A stretch of DNA of 64,000 nucleotides from an uncultured Alphaproteobacteria bacterium (GTDB taxonomy: Bacteria; Pseudomonadota; Alphaproteobacteria; Rhizobiales; Xanthobacteraceae): positions 15,212-79,211 of the forward strand of contig CAWAEV010000041.1 in NCBI GenBank assembly GCA_963780925.1, read 5' to 3'. Shown piece after piece: positions 37,724 to 47,294 of this stretch. Every line of letters begins with the position of its first letter. The stretch's first letter is position 1. A program made the translations under genes and the position numbers. The notes under the pieces are model-generated. The model was not told where the DNA came from and did no database searches. It worked only from the letters and a program-made list of their open reading frames with translations.

Positions 37724-38014
37724 GTGATCGAAATTCGCCAGACCGATCGCTTCATGCGGTGGTTCGCGAGCCTGCGCGACAGGCAGGCGCGGATGCGAAT
37801 CCAGGCACGAGTTCGTCGGCTTTCGATCGGTAATCCTGGCGACGTGAGGCCCGTTGGCGAGGGTGTGTCAGAGATGCGGATTGATTATGGCCCCGGCTAC
37901 CACGTGTATTTTGCGCACCGGGGAAGCGCGCTTGTTATTCTCCTCGCCGGCGGAGACAAGCGCACGCAAGATCGGGATATTGCAACTGCGCGCGCAATGG
38001 CTCGGGAGCTTTAG
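37724..38014 (+). CDS. RelE/ParE-superfamily toxin (addiction-module killer, HigB-like)
   Basis: 96 aa. IRQTDRFMRWFASLRDRQARMRIQARVRRL..GNPGDVRPVGEGVSEMRIDYGPGYHVYF. Confidence 0.85.
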   Translation: MIEIRQTDRFMRWFASLRDRQARMRIQARVRRLSIGNPGDVRPVGEGVSEMRIDYGPGYHVYFAHRGSALVILLAGGDKRTQDRDIATARAMAREL

Positions 38015-38023
38015 GAGATCATC

Positions 38024-38407
38024 ATGGCTGCGACAAAATCCAGGCGACGAACGAAACTGAAGACGTTCCCGTGGGATTCCGCTGCGCATCTGAAAACCGG
38101 TGACGACATCGCTAACTATCTGGAGGCGGTCTTTGAAGATGGAGATCCCGCATTGGTGGCGGCCGCGCTCGGGGATATCGCGCGCGCCAAAGGCATGGCG
38201 AAAATTGCACGGACGGCTGGCCTCGGCCGTGAAAGCCTGTACAAGGCGCTTTCCCGCGGCGGCAACCCCGAACTCGCCACCGTGCTCAAGGTGATACGCG
38301 CGCTCGGCCTCAAACTCAAAGTCTGCCGCCTAGCGAGTTCACGCCGCCTTCCTCATCCGCGCCACATCCGGCGGCACCGCCTCTTCGGCGAGCGCCGCGA
38401 GCGCTAA
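38024..38407 (+). CDS. Addiction-module antidote protein (HigA-like HTH)
   Basis: [28 protein letters not shown]...[16 protein letters not shown]. The C-terminal tail overlaps the thrS 3' end by 69 nt. Confidence 0.8.
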   Translation: MAATKSRRRTKLKTFPWDSAAHLKTGDDIANYLEAVFEDGDPALVAAALGDIARAKGMAKIARTAGLGRESLYKALSRGGNPELATVLKVIRALGLKLKVCRLASSRRLPHPRHIRRHRLFGERRER

Positions 38408-40282
38408 ATCGAGCGGCATGGTCTGCTGCTTCTCGCTGCCGAGGCGGCGGATCGAGACCGTGCGTTCGGCGGCTTCCTTCTTGCCGACGACAAGCAGCGC
38501 CGGAACCTTCGCCAGCGAGTGTTCGCGGACCTTGTAGTTGATCTTCTCATTGCGCAGATCGCCTTCGACGCGCAGCCCCAGCCGTCGCGCCGCGGCGATT
38601 GCCTCGCGCGCGTAATCGTCGGCGTCCGAAGTGATGGTGGCTATCACCGCCTGTAAGGGCGACAGCCACAACGGCAGATGACCGGCATAGTGCTCAATCA
38701 TGATGCCGGTGAAGCGTTCGAGCGAGCCGAACATCGCGCGATGCAGCATCACCGGCGTCACTTTATTGGAGTGCTCGTCGATATAGAACGCGCCGAGCCG
38801 GCCGGGCATGTTGAGATCGACCTGCACGGTGCCGCATTGCCAGTCGCGGCCGATGGCGTCGCGCAGCACGTATTCGAGCTTCGGGCCGTAAAAGGCGCCT
38901 TCGCCCTTGTTGAGCGTCCACGGCCGGCCGGAAGCCTCGAGCGCCTGCATCAACGCCGCCTCGGCCTTGTCCCACACCGCGTCCTCGCCGATGCGTTTCT
39001 CCGGCCGATCGGAGAATTTGATGCGTACGTCGTCGAAGCCGAAATCTCGATAGATCGTCAGAATGAGATCGTTGACCTTGACGACCTCCTCGGCGATCTG
39101 CTCCTCGGTGATAAAGATGTGCGCGTCGTCCTGGGTGAAGGCGCGGACGCGCATGAGTCCATGGAGCGCGCCGGACGGCTCGAAGCGGTGCACCTTGCCG
39201 AACTCGGCGATCTTGAACGGCAGGTCGCGATAGGATTTCAGTCCGTTCTTGAAAATCTGAATATGGCCGGGGCAGTTCATCGGCTTGACCACGAAGGTGC
39301 GGTCGTCCTCCTCGCGCGGCTGCACGAGAAACATCGACTCGCGGAACGTCGCCATATGGCCCGACGCGACCCACAGCGATGAATCGATCAGTTGCGGCGC
39401 GTTGACTTCGGCATAGCCGGCCTCCATCTGGCGGCGGCGGATGTAGCTCTCCAGCGTCTGGAACAGCGTCCAGCCTTTGGGGTGCCAGAACACCGAGCCA
39501 GGCGCTTCCTCCTGGAAGTGAAACAGATCCATCTCGCGGCCGACCTTCCGGTGGTCGCGCTTTTCCGCTTCCTCGATCTGCTTCAAATAGGCGTCGAGTT
39601 CCTCCTGCTTGGCGAAGGCGGTGCCGTAGATGCGCGACAGCATCTCGCGGTTGGAATCGCCGCGCCAATAGGCGCCCGCGGTTTTCATCAGCTTGAACGC
39701 GTTGCCAACCTTGCCGGTCGAGGTCATGTGCGGACCGCGGCACAGGTCGAACCAGTCGCCCTGTTTGTAGATCTTGATCTCTTGGTCTTCCGGAATGGCG
39801 TCGACCAGCTCGACTTTGAACTGTTCGCCCATATCGGCGAACACGCGCTTGGCGTCGGCGCGCGACCACACTTCCTTGGTGAAGGGTTTGTCGCGCGCGA
39901 TGATTTCGCGCATCTTCTTTTCGATCGCGGCGAAATCCTCCGGCGCGAACGGCTCGTTGCGGAAGAAATCATAGTAGAAACCGTTCTCGATGACCGGCCC
40001 GATGGTGACTTGCGTGCCCGGCCACAGCGTCTGCACGGCTTCGGCAAGCACATGGGCGGCGTCATGGCGGATGAGATCGAGCGCGCGCGGATCGTCGCGG
40101 CTGACGAACTCGATCCTGGCGTCGTGTTCGATCGGGTCGGACAGGTCGGCGAGCTTGCCATCGAGCGCCATCGCGACCGTGCGCTTGGCCAGCGACGGCG
40201 AAATGCCCTTGGCGATGTCGAGGCCGGTTGTTCCGTTAGGATAGTCCCGACGTGCGCCGTCGGGAAAGGTCAGCGCGACCAT
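38339..40282 (-). CDS. thrS: Threonine--tRNA ligase
   Basis: 647 aa with TGS, editing, class II core and anticodon domains ([23 protein letters not shown]). Confidence 0.97.
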   Translation of the reverse strand: MVALTFPDGARRDYPNGTTGLDIAKGISPSLAKRTVAMALDGKLADLSDPIEHDARIEFVSRDDPRALDLIRHDAAHVLAEAVQTLWPGTQVTIGPVIENGFYYDFFRNEPFAPEDFAAIEKKMREIIARDKPFTKEVWSRADAKRVFADMGEQFKVELVDAIPEDQEIKIYKQGDWFDLCRGPHMTSTGKVGNAFKLMKTAGAYWRGDSNREMLSRIYGTAFAKQEELDAYLKQIEEAEKRDHRKVGREMDLFHFQEEAPGSVFWHPKGWTLFQTLESYIRRRQMEAGYAEVNAPQLIDSSLWVASGHMATFRESMFLVQPREEDDRTFVVKPMNCPGHIQIFKNGLKSYRDLPFKIAEFGKVHRFEPSGALHGLMRVRAFTQDDAHIFITEEQIAEEVVKVNDLILTIYRDFGFDDVRIKFSDRPEKRIGEDAVWDKAEAALMQALEASGRPWTLNKGEGAFYGPKLEYVLRDAIGRDWQCGTVQVDLNMPGRLGAFYIDEHSNKVTPVMLHRAMFGSLERFTGIMIEHYAGHLPLWLSPLQAVIATITSDADDYAREAIAAARRLGLRVEGDLRNEKINYKVREHSLAKVPALLVVGKKEAAERTVSIRRLGSEKQQTMPLDLALAALAEEAVPPDVARMRKAA

Positions 40283-40340
40283 GCTTCACTCCTGTTGCTC
40301 ACTCCTGCGAACGAGCGCAGGTAAGCGTGATCGGACGAAT

Positions 40341-40724
40341 TCAGTCTTTTACGCGTCGACCTGCCGAGTCCGGTTCGGCCAGGGCGGCAGGCGGGGCGCA
40401 ATTTGTCCCGCGCCATCGCGCATAGCGCCACGGCATATACCAGCGCGATTTTTCCGGCAACGTTTTGGGCACGAAATCGAGCCCCGACGTGCCCCAGGGC
40501 TGGCAGCGCAGGAGCCGCGCCAGCGTCATCCAGCAGCCGGCCCACAGCCCGAAGCGATCGAGCGCCTGGTCGGCGTAATCGGAGCAAGTCGGCAGATGCC
40601 GGCAGCGAAAGCCGATAAGCGGCGACAGCGTGACGCGATAGGCCCAGATCAGGCCGCGGCCGGCGAGCCGTGGCGCATGTCGCGAAACATGGCGCGAAGC
40701 ATCGAATAAATCGTCAAGTTTCAT
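40341..40724 (-). CDS. yidD: Membrane protein insertion efficiency factor YidD
   Basis: YRVTLSPLIGFRCRHLPTCSDYADQALDRFG...RLLRCQPW. Confidence 0.8.
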   Translation of the reverse strand: MKLDDLFDASRHVSRHAPRLAGRGLIWAYRVTLSPLIGFRCRHLPTCSDYADQALDRFGLWAGCWMTLARLLRCQPWGTSGLDFVPKTLPEKSRWYMPWRYARWRGTNCAPPAALAEPDSAGRRVKD

Positions 40725-41463
40725 TATCCACGCGACTTATGTCGTTTCCTGCGGAATTGACTGCGATGATAACGGCGATCTTCTTTTTCGAAACGTTTTT
40801 TTTTTCCGGCGAGCCGAATTTCGTTACGACGCGGCCGTTTTTGTGGATATCGGAATAGCCGCCCTCGAGAATCTGGAACGGCCGTTTGACCCTTTTGAGG
40901 TAATCGTATTGCGCCGATTTCGGTTCTTTGAGGCGAAACAGGTCGAAATAGGCCGGATAGACGAAATCGCTCATCTCGATGCCATTGAAGTCGATTTTAT
41001 CGTCTTCCACCACATCGCAGACCTCATAGGCCCATACCGTCCCGTGCGGTCCGTCGGTCCACAGCGCAGCCGATGGGTCGACCAGCATCTCAAGCAGCTC
41101 GTGACAGGCGGTCACGCTGATCACTTCGCCGGACTTGATCGCGGGTTTAACGAACACTTTGGCGATCGGCATTCCCGCAAAGGTTATGTCATGAAAACTG
41201 CTGGAGCCGCGTTGTTCGGGATTGTCCAAGAAAACCAGATGCCAACATCCCGGCTTTGGCGCGCTGGATTTGATCAGCTTTGCCGGCGTGCCCCAGATCG
41301 GCACGAAAAGCTCGTCGAGAAATTCCTGCAGCGCCGGGACTAATTTGTCGAAATCGACGCCGAGATCGAGCGTGGATTTGTTGACGCAGACAACCGTCGG
41401 CATGAGGTCTCTGTTGAAATCCGCTGCGTGTTTCGTCGGCATGATGCTCCCCACTCGGGCCAC
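40714..41463 (-). CDS. Hypothetical protein, lower G+C, no recognised family
   Basis: 249 aa. It contains SVTACHELLEMLVDP and overlaps the yidD start by 11 nt. Confidence 0.6.
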   Translation of the reverse strand: MARVGSIMPTKHAADFNRDLMPTVVCVNKSTLDLGVDFDKLVPALQEFLDELFVPIWGTPAKLIKSSAPKPGCWHLVFLDNPEQRGSSSFHDITFAGMPIAKVFVKPAIKSGEVISVTACHELLEMLVDPSAALWTDGPHGTVWAYEVCDVVEDDKIDFNGIEMSDFVYPAYFDLFRLKEPKSAQYDYLKRVKRPFQILEGGYSDIHKNGRVVTKFGSPEKKNVSKKKIAVIIAVNSAGNDISRVDNET

Positions 41464-41593
41464 CCTCAGATCGGGATTCCGATCGCTGTGCCCGCCGCAG
41501 GGAATGTCGCAGGAAGTCTCTGCGCTTGCAACCTAGAGTAATTGGTACAATGTAAATCAACTAGAAGGAGATGGCGGCTTATTTCGCCGCAGC

Positions 41594-42049
41594 CTATTTC
41601 GCCGCGGCCTTGGCGCCGCGCTTTGCCTCGATCTGGCCGATGGCGTCGACCACGGCGTCGAAGGTGAGCAGCGTCGACGCGTGGCGCGCTTTGTAGTCGC
41701 GCACCGGCTCGAGCACGGCGATATCCGCCCATTTGCCGTTTGCCGGCGGCTCGCCGTTTTCCTTGAGCATTTTGCGCACGGTTTCGCGCAGTTCACGCAA
41801 CTCGTTCGCCTTGGCGCCGATGATGTTGCGCGCCATGATCGAAGACGATGCTTGGCCGAGCGCGCAGGCTTTCACCTCATGGGCGAAGTCAGTCACGGTG
41901 TCGCCGTCCATCTTCAGATCGATGGTGACGGTCGAGCCGCACAGGCGCGACAGCGCAGTCGCCGTTGCGTCGGCATTGGGCAATCGCCCGATCCGCGGGA
42001 TGGTGCCCGCAAGTTCGATAATCCGGCGATTGTAGACTTCGTTTAGCAT
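41594..42049 (-). CDS. NifU/IscU-like Fe-S cluster scaffold-domain protein
   Basis: LCGSTVTIDLKMDGD...ACALGQASSSIM. Confidence 0.85.
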   Translation of the reverse strand: MLNEVYNRRIIELAGTIPRIGRLPNADATATALSRLCGSTVTIDLKMDGDTVTDFAHEVKACALGQASSSIMARNIIGAKANELRELRETVRKMLKENGEPPANGKWADIAVLEPVRDYKARHASTLLTFDAVVDAIGQIEAKRGAKAAAK

Positions 42050-42151
42050 CGCAAAATCCGGAGTTTATCCGGGTTTGTTGAGTTTGCCCGGCAATCCATT
42101 ATATAGGCGCTGCCGCCTCGGATTTGAAGTTCCGGTAACCCGGCGAATGGA

Positions 42152-42814
42152 GTGACGATGGACGCCGTCATCAAGAAATGGCCTCGCGAGCCGCATCCGG
42201 ACCATGTCCGTGCAACTCCGGCGCCCGTCGAAAATCGGCCGTCGCGGGAGGAGGCGGAGGTCGCGGTGCGCGCGCTGATCGCCTATCTCGGCGACGATCC
42301 ATCGCGCGAAGGCCTCGCCGCGACGCCCAAGCGCGTTGTCGCGGCCTTGGACGAGCTTTACCGCGGCTATCGCGAAGTCCCCGCCGATGCGCTCGCCCGC
42401 ACCTTCGGCGAGACCGAGGCCTACGACGATTTCGTGCTCATTCGCGATATCGGTTTCACCTCGCATTGCGAGCACCACATGATGGCGTTCCACGGCAAGG
42501 CGCATGTGGCCTATCGGCCGGTCGAACGCGTGGTCGGCCTGTCGAAGCTTGCCCGCCTCGTCGACGTCTATGCGCGCCGCCTGCAAACGCAGGAGCATCT
42601 GACCTCGCAAATCGCGGTCGCCATCGATGAAGTTTTAAAGCCGCGCGGCGTTGCGGTGCTGCTCGAGGCCGAACACACCTGCATGTCGATCCGGGGCGTC
42701 GCCAAGCCCGGCGTTTCCACCGTGACCACACGATTTCTGGGAACGTTTCGCGACAGCAACGAAGACCAGGTGCGCTTTGTGACGCTGGTGCGGGGCGTCG
42801 CCGAGCCGCGCTGA
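42152..42814 (+). CDS. folE: GTP cyclohydrolase I
   Basis: TPKRV...[18 protein letters not shown]...QERLT-like QEHLTSQIA...[12 protein letters not shown]. Confidence 0.95.
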   Translation: MTMDAVIKKWPREPHPDHVRATPAPVENRPSREEAEVAVRALIAYLGDDPSREGLAATPKRVVAALDELYRGYREVPADALARTFGETEAYDDFVLIRDIGFTSHCEHHMMAFHGKAHVAYRPVERVVGLSKLARLVDVYARRLQTQEHLTSQIAVAIDEVLKPRGVAVLLEAEHTCMSIRGVAKPGVSTVTTRFLGTFRDSNEDQVRFVTLVRGVAEPR

Positions 42815-42872
42815 AGGTCGCGCTCGCCATCCATTCAGCGTATTACGCCGCCGGCATGACGCTCAGTGGATC

Positions 42873-43030
42873 GGATTTGACATTCGCTACCCCACTTGGC
42901 CGCAAACTCGTGAAGCGAATGTCAAATCCAAAGCTCCACTAAAACTGATATTTGTTAGTGGTCCTTTGGTTTCTAACATTCGCATAAGAGCCTGCCGAAC
43001 CCGGATGCGAATGTTAGAATCGGACCACTA
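42873..43030. repeat. Four alternating copies of an about 18-nt unit forming two long hairpins
   Basis: GGATTTGACATTCGCT (42873-88) pairs with AGCGAATGTCAAATCC (42914-29). TCTAACATTCGCAT (42972-85) pairs with ATGCGAATGTTAGA (43005-18), and this second hairpin is enclosed by TAGTGGTCC/GGACCACTA. Confidence 0.65.
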
Positions 43031-43799
43031 GAGTGCGCATCAGCATATAGCTCGCCACCGCGACGATAAGGATGGCGAAGACGATATGGAGACGTCCGGT
43101 TCGCGACGCCAGCGTTCGCGCGGCGGAGGTGCCGATTAAGCCCCCGATAGCGCCTCCGGACACGAACAACAAAGCCAGCGTCCAATCGACGAGTCCCGAG
43201 GCGGCATAGTTCGCCGCCGTCGTCAGACCGAAGGCCGTTACGCCCAGGAGCGACGAGCCGACCGCATTGAGAATCGTCATGCCGGTCGCCAGCATCAGGC
43301 CCGGCACGATCAGAAATCCGCCGCCGATGCCGAAGAAACCCGACAAGGCGCCGGCGCCGAGACCGATGCCGAGCAGCCAAGGCAGGTTTTCCTTGCTGAG
43401 TTCGACGTCGTGGCTTGGCGCGGCCGAGCGCTTGCGCAGCATCGTGGCGGCGACGACGAGCATCAGCACGGCGAATGCAATCAGCAGCTTTTGGCCGTCG
43501 ACCCATTTGCCGATGGTCGAGCCCAGCAACGCGCCGGCGACGCCGGCCGCGGCGAAGACCGAGGCGCATTTCCATTTCACATGACCGGCGCGGCCGTGGT
43601 GCAAGAGATTAGCGAGCGCGCTGGCGGCGACCGCGATGGCGCTGGTGCCGATCGCCACATGCGGGTCGGCGACGCCGACGACGTAGATGAGAAGGGGCAC
43701 GGCGAGGATCGAGCCGCCGCCGCCGACCAGACCGAGCGCGAATCCGACCAGCGCGCCGGAGGCGACGCCGAGCGCGGCCTCGGTCAGCGACGGCATCAT
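43014..43799 (-). CDS. TauE/SafE-family sulfite/anion exporter
   Basis: 261 aa, polytopic, with repeated GxGGG motifs. Confidence 0.9.
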   Translation of the reverse strand: MMPSLTEAALGVASGALVGFALGLVGGGGSILAVPLLIYVVGVADPHVAIGTSAIAVAASALANLLHHGRAGHVKWKCASVFAAAGVAGALLGSTIGKWVDGQKLLIAFAVLMLVVAATMLRKRSAAPSHDVELSKENLPWLLGIGLGAGALSGFFGIGGGFLIVPGLMLATGMTILNAVGSSLLGVTAFGLTTAANYAASGLVDWTLALLFVSGGAIGGLIGTSAARTLASRTGRLHIVFAILIVAVASYMLMRTLVVRF

Positions 43800-43907
43800 C
43801 GATTTGCTCTTGGCGGCTTCCGGTTGGCCGATCCGATATTTAAGGTATTGCTTGTTTAGTGATCGCTCATATATTGGTCAAGCCGAATAGCAGAGGGGAT
43901 AAGTGTC

Positions 43908-44792
43908 ATGCCCGGAAAGCCGATCATTCGCGCGTTTTTCGATGAGCCGACCAATACGGTGAGCTACTTGGTCGCCGATCCGGCAACGAAGCAGGCGGCG
44001 GTGATCGATCCGGTGCTCGACTACGACCACAACAGCGGCGCGGTCGACAGCCGCTCGGTCGAGGCGATCCTGCGCGCCGCCAAGGAGCAGGCCTTCGCCA
44101 TCGTGTGGACGCTCGAGACCCACGCCCACGCCGACCACCTGTCCGGCTCGCCCTATATCAAGGCCAAGACCGGCGCCAAGATCGGCATCGGCGAGCACAT
44201 CAAGGACGTACAGCAGATTTTCCGGCCGGTCTTTTCCGCCACCGATCTGAAAACGGACGGCAGCGACTTCGACCATCTGTTCGCCGACGGCGAGCGCTTC
44301 GAGATCGGCGAGCTGACCGGCGAGATCCTCTATACGCCGGGTCATACGCCGGCCGACGTTACCTACAAAATCGAAGACGCCGCTTTTGTCGGCGATACGC
44401 TATTCATGCCCGACTACGGCACCGCGCGCGCGGATTTCCCCGGCGGCGATGCGCATCGGCTCTATCGCTCGATCCGGCGGCTGTTGGCGCTGCCGCCGGA
44501 GACCCGGCTGTTCATGTGTCACGATTACAAGGCGCCCGAGCGCGACAATTATGCCTGGGAGACCACCGTGCGCGAGGAGCGCGAGAATAACGTCCACGTC
44601 AAAGAGGGCGTCAGCGAGGATGCGTTCGTCGCCGCACGCCAGGCGCGCGATGCCACGCTCGCCGCGCCGCGTCTTTTGCTGCCGTCAATTCAAGTCAATA
44701 TGCGCGCCGGACACTTTCCTCCCGCGGCCGCCAACGGCGTGCGCTATTTGATGATCCCGGTAAAGTTCAAAAATCCGGAAGCCGTGAGCTAA
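43908..44792 (+). CDS. MBL-fold hydrolase (persulfide-dioxygenase-like)
   Basis: THAHADH motif, TPGHTPADV, C-terminal extension. Confidence 0.85.
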   Translation: MPGKPIIRAFFDEPTNTVSYLVADPATKQAAVIDPVLDYDHNSGAVDSRSVEAILRAAKEQAFAIVWTLETHAHADHLSGSPYIKAKTGAKIGIGEHIKDVQQIFRPVFSATDLKTDGSDFDHLFADGERFEIGELTGEILYTPGHTPADVTYKIEDAAFVGDTLFMPDYGTARADFPGGDAHRLYRSIRRLLALPPETRLFMCHDYKAPERDNYAWETTVREERENNVHVKEGVSEDAFVAARQARDATLAAPRLLLPSIQVNMRAGHFPPAAANGVRYLMIPVKFKNPEAVS

Positions 44793-44841
44793 AGCCCAAT
44801 CGGTTTTGATGGAATCAAAACCGGGCTCTAGCTTTTTGATT

Positions 44842-44974
44842 GAGCATGATCTTTTCCGACCTTCCTTCGCCCGCCGACCTTCCTACGCTCGATGCGCAAG
44901 CTTCGGAGGGTTGGAGTCCGCCGTAGCGTAGCGCGAAGGCGGGAAACCGGTATCCACTTTTCGGGATCATGCTC
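44842..44974. repeat. GAGCATGATC-family palindromic repeat with a nested insertion
   Basis: Arms GAGCATGATC (44842) and GATCATGCTC (44965). The about 85-bp interior has its own CTACGCT/AGCGTAG inverted repeat. Confidence 0.65.
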
Positions 44975-45010
44975 TAAACGCGACCGTCGTCTCGACAGCG
45001 CCGCCACGAT

Positions 45011-45499
45011 GTGCCAGACGACGGCGATTGCAGCCGCGCGTTCGAGGTTACCGTGACCGACAGATCACCGTTCCGACCGGCCGGCTCGGCTTCCGAGCTT
45101 GAGGAAGGTTTGGCGTTGACGCCGAAATTCGACGCCGATGGCCTCGTCACTTCCGTCGCTACCGACGCTGTCACCGGCGACGTGCTGATGGTCGCGCATA
45201 TGAATGCGCAAGCGCTGGCAAAGACCATCGAAAGCGGCAAAGCCTGGTATTACAGCCGCTCGCGCCGCGCGCTGTGGAAGAAGGGCGAAACCTCCGGCCA
45301 CACCCAGCGCGTCGTCGAAATGCGCATCGATTGCGATCAGGATGCGGTGTGGATCAAGGTCGAACAAGTCGGCGGCGCCTGCCACACCGGCCGCCGCTCG
45401 TGCTTTTATCGCGCGGTACCGGTCGGCAACGCGGGCACGGTGACGCTCAAATTTGTCGGCGAGCGCGTGTTCGATCCGAAGGCGGCGTATCGGAAATAG
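45011..45499 (+). CDS. hisI: Phosphoribosyl-AMP cyclohydrolase
   Basis: [22 protein letters not shown]...[19 protein letters not shown]...[11 protein letters not shown]...[12 protein letters not shown]. The true start may be GTG 45053. Confidence 0.9.
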   Translation: MPDDGDCSRAFEVTVTDRSPFRPAGSASELEEGLALTPKFDADGLVTSVATDAVTGDVLMVAHMNAQALAKTIESGKAWYYSRSRRALWKKGETSGHTQRVVEMRIDCDQDAVWIKVEQVGGACHTGRRSCFYRAVPVGNAGTVTLKFVGERVFDPKAAYRK

Positions 45500-45682
45500 G
45501 TTTTGCTCACCGTTCGCGTCGAGCAATTCGGCTTGCATCCGGTTGTGAAGGTACCGCTCTGCGGCGCACCAGGCCGCTAGCCCCTAGACTTCTTCGGCTT
45601 ACCCGCGTTTGCCGGCGTTCCGCTTCCCTTATTTCTTTCGACAGTGCGAAACGAAAATTGCTGGAGGTACCCGGAGCCTGAT

Positions 45683-45784
45683 CCGTCACCCTGAGGTGGC
45701 CGCGAAGCGGCCCTCGAAGGGTGCGGCCGAGGCGCCGAGGCCATCTCCTTCGAGGCTCGCTCCGCTCGTACCTCAGGATGACGG
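45683..45784. repeat. Palindromic MITE-like element
   Basis: Arms CCGTCACCCTGAGGT and ACCTCAGGATGACGG. The interior has GGCCGCGAAGCGGCC and CTTCGAGG hairpins. Confidence 0.6.
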
Positions 45785-45859
45785 AAAAGAAGTCATCGCT
45801 GTTTGACAATACTCGCGGGCTGTTCGCGCCGCCAGAACGGATTGGGTTTGTCCGCTCGG

Positions 45860-46741
45860 CTACCGTGGGTCGGGATGAAGAGCACGCGCCAGCAATAGCT
45901 GCGCGCGGGCGAGGTGAGGGCGGTCGTACATCACGCCGCCGATGCCGACGACGCCGGCGCCGGGATTGGCGGCAAAGGCATCGACGATCGCTTGTGCCCG
46001 TTCGAGCGCTGCCGGTGACGGCGTGAAGACGTCGTTGATGATCGGCACCTGCGCCGGATGGATCGCCATCTTGCCGACAAAGCCGTCGCGGCAGGCCTCC
46101 TCGCATTCGCGGCGAAAGCCGTCGGCGTTGCGGAAATCGACATAGACGGTGTCGATCGCCGGCACTGTGGCGGCGGCGGCGCCGGCAAGGCAGAGCACGC
46201 GCGCCAGCCGATAGGGATCGAGAAAATTGCCTTGCGCGTCGCGGTTGGCCTGGGCGCCGATATCGGCCGATAAATCCTCGGCGCCCCAGGTGAGCCCGAT
46301 CAGGCGCGCGCTCGAGCCGGCAAAAGTGCCGGCAACGAACAAGGCGGCGGCAGTCTCGGTGGCGATGGGGAGGATTTTGATGGCGCCGTCCGGCAAGCCG
46401 TAGAGCGCCTCGCGCACCGCAAGCTTGGCGTCGGCGTGAATAACCGACGCGCCGCCTTCGGCCTTCGGCAGCATGATGGCGTCCGGCTGCGCCGCGGCAA
46501 CGGCGTCGAGATCGGCGTCGGTCAGGCCAGTTTGCAGGCCGTTGACGCGCACCAAGATATACGGCCGCGTCTTTGTCGCGATTGCAGTTTTGAGAAACGC
46601 CGCCGCACTTTCGCGGGCGCGCGCTTTGCCGTCGGGCGCGATCGAATCTTCCAGGTCGACGATGATCGCATCGGCGCCGCTCGTCATCGCCTTGTCGAGC
46701 TTCTTGGCGCTATCGGCGGGAGCAAACAGGAACGAGCGCAT
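45860..46741 (-). CDS. HpcH/HpaI aldolase / CitE-like (malyl-CoA lyase or thioesterase family)
   Basis: MRSFLFAPADSAKKLDKA..GADAIIVDLEDS. ATG at 46739-46741. Confidence 0.9.
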   Translation of the reverse strand: MRSFLFAPADSAKKLDKAMTSGADAIIVDLEDSIAPDGKARARESAAAFLKTAIATKTRPYILVRVNGLQTGLTDADLDAVAAAQPDAIMLPKAEGGASVIHADAKLAVREALYGLPDGAIKILPIATETAAALFVAGTFAGSSARLIGLTWGAEDLSADIGAQANRDAQGNFLDPYRLARVLCLAGAAAATVPAIDTVYVDFRNADGFRRECEEACRDGFVGKMAIHPAQVPIINDVFTPSPAALERAQAIVDAFAANPGAGVVGIGGVMYDRPHLARAQLLLARALHPDPR

Positions 46742-46761
46742 CGCGAGGGCAGGGCGCGAAC

Positions 46762-47247
46762 TCACTTCGGCTGCATGCGGATAAAGGCCTGGCGGCGGCA
46801 TTCGGCGACCAGCTTGTTGTCCTGGTTATAGGCGCGGTGATGAAATTCGACGATGCCGGCGCCGGGCCGCGATTTCGATTCGCGCTTGCCGATGACTTCG
46901 GTGGTGCAATGGACGGTGTCGTTCTCGAACAACGGGTGGGGGAATTTGACGTCGGTCATGCCGAGATTGGCGATGGTGGTGCCGACCGTCATGTCGGAGA
47001 CCTGGATGCCGATCATCAGCCCGAGCGTGAACAGCGAGTTCATCAAGGGCTGGCCCCATTCGGTCTCCTGCTCGCAGAAATGCCGGTCGATATGGAGCGG
47101 CTGCGGGTTGAGCGTCATGTTGGAGAACAGCATGTTGTCCATCTGGGTGACGGTGCGCGTATAGCGGTGCTCGACCAGTTCGCCGGGGACGAAATCTTCG
47201 AAATAAAGCCCGCCCCGCTTATGCCTTTTGGCCGTTTCGATCGCCAT
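46762..47247 (-). CDS. MaoC-family dehydratase
   Basis: Hot-dog fold signature (...NPQPLHID...). GGAGGAGG RBS. Confidence 0.9.
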   Translation of the reverse strand: MAIETAKRHKRGGLYFEDFVPGELVEHRYTRTVTQMDNMLFSNMTLNPQPLHIDRHFCEQETEWGQPLMNSLFTLGLMIGIQVSDMTVGTTIANLGMTDVKFPHPLFENDTVHCTTEVIGKRESKSRPGAGIVEFHHRAYNQDNKLVAECRRQAFIRMQPK

Positions 47248-47294
47248 TTTCGCCTCCTCCGCTGCCGTTAAGCCGACGTTTACCATAATCGTTA

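Noticed and set aside
41566-41600. A duplicated (C/T)TATTTCGCCGC(A/G)GC motif at the 3' end of the NifU-like gene.
   Set aside because: It is a short local duplication of the stop-codon region with no structure or function inferable.
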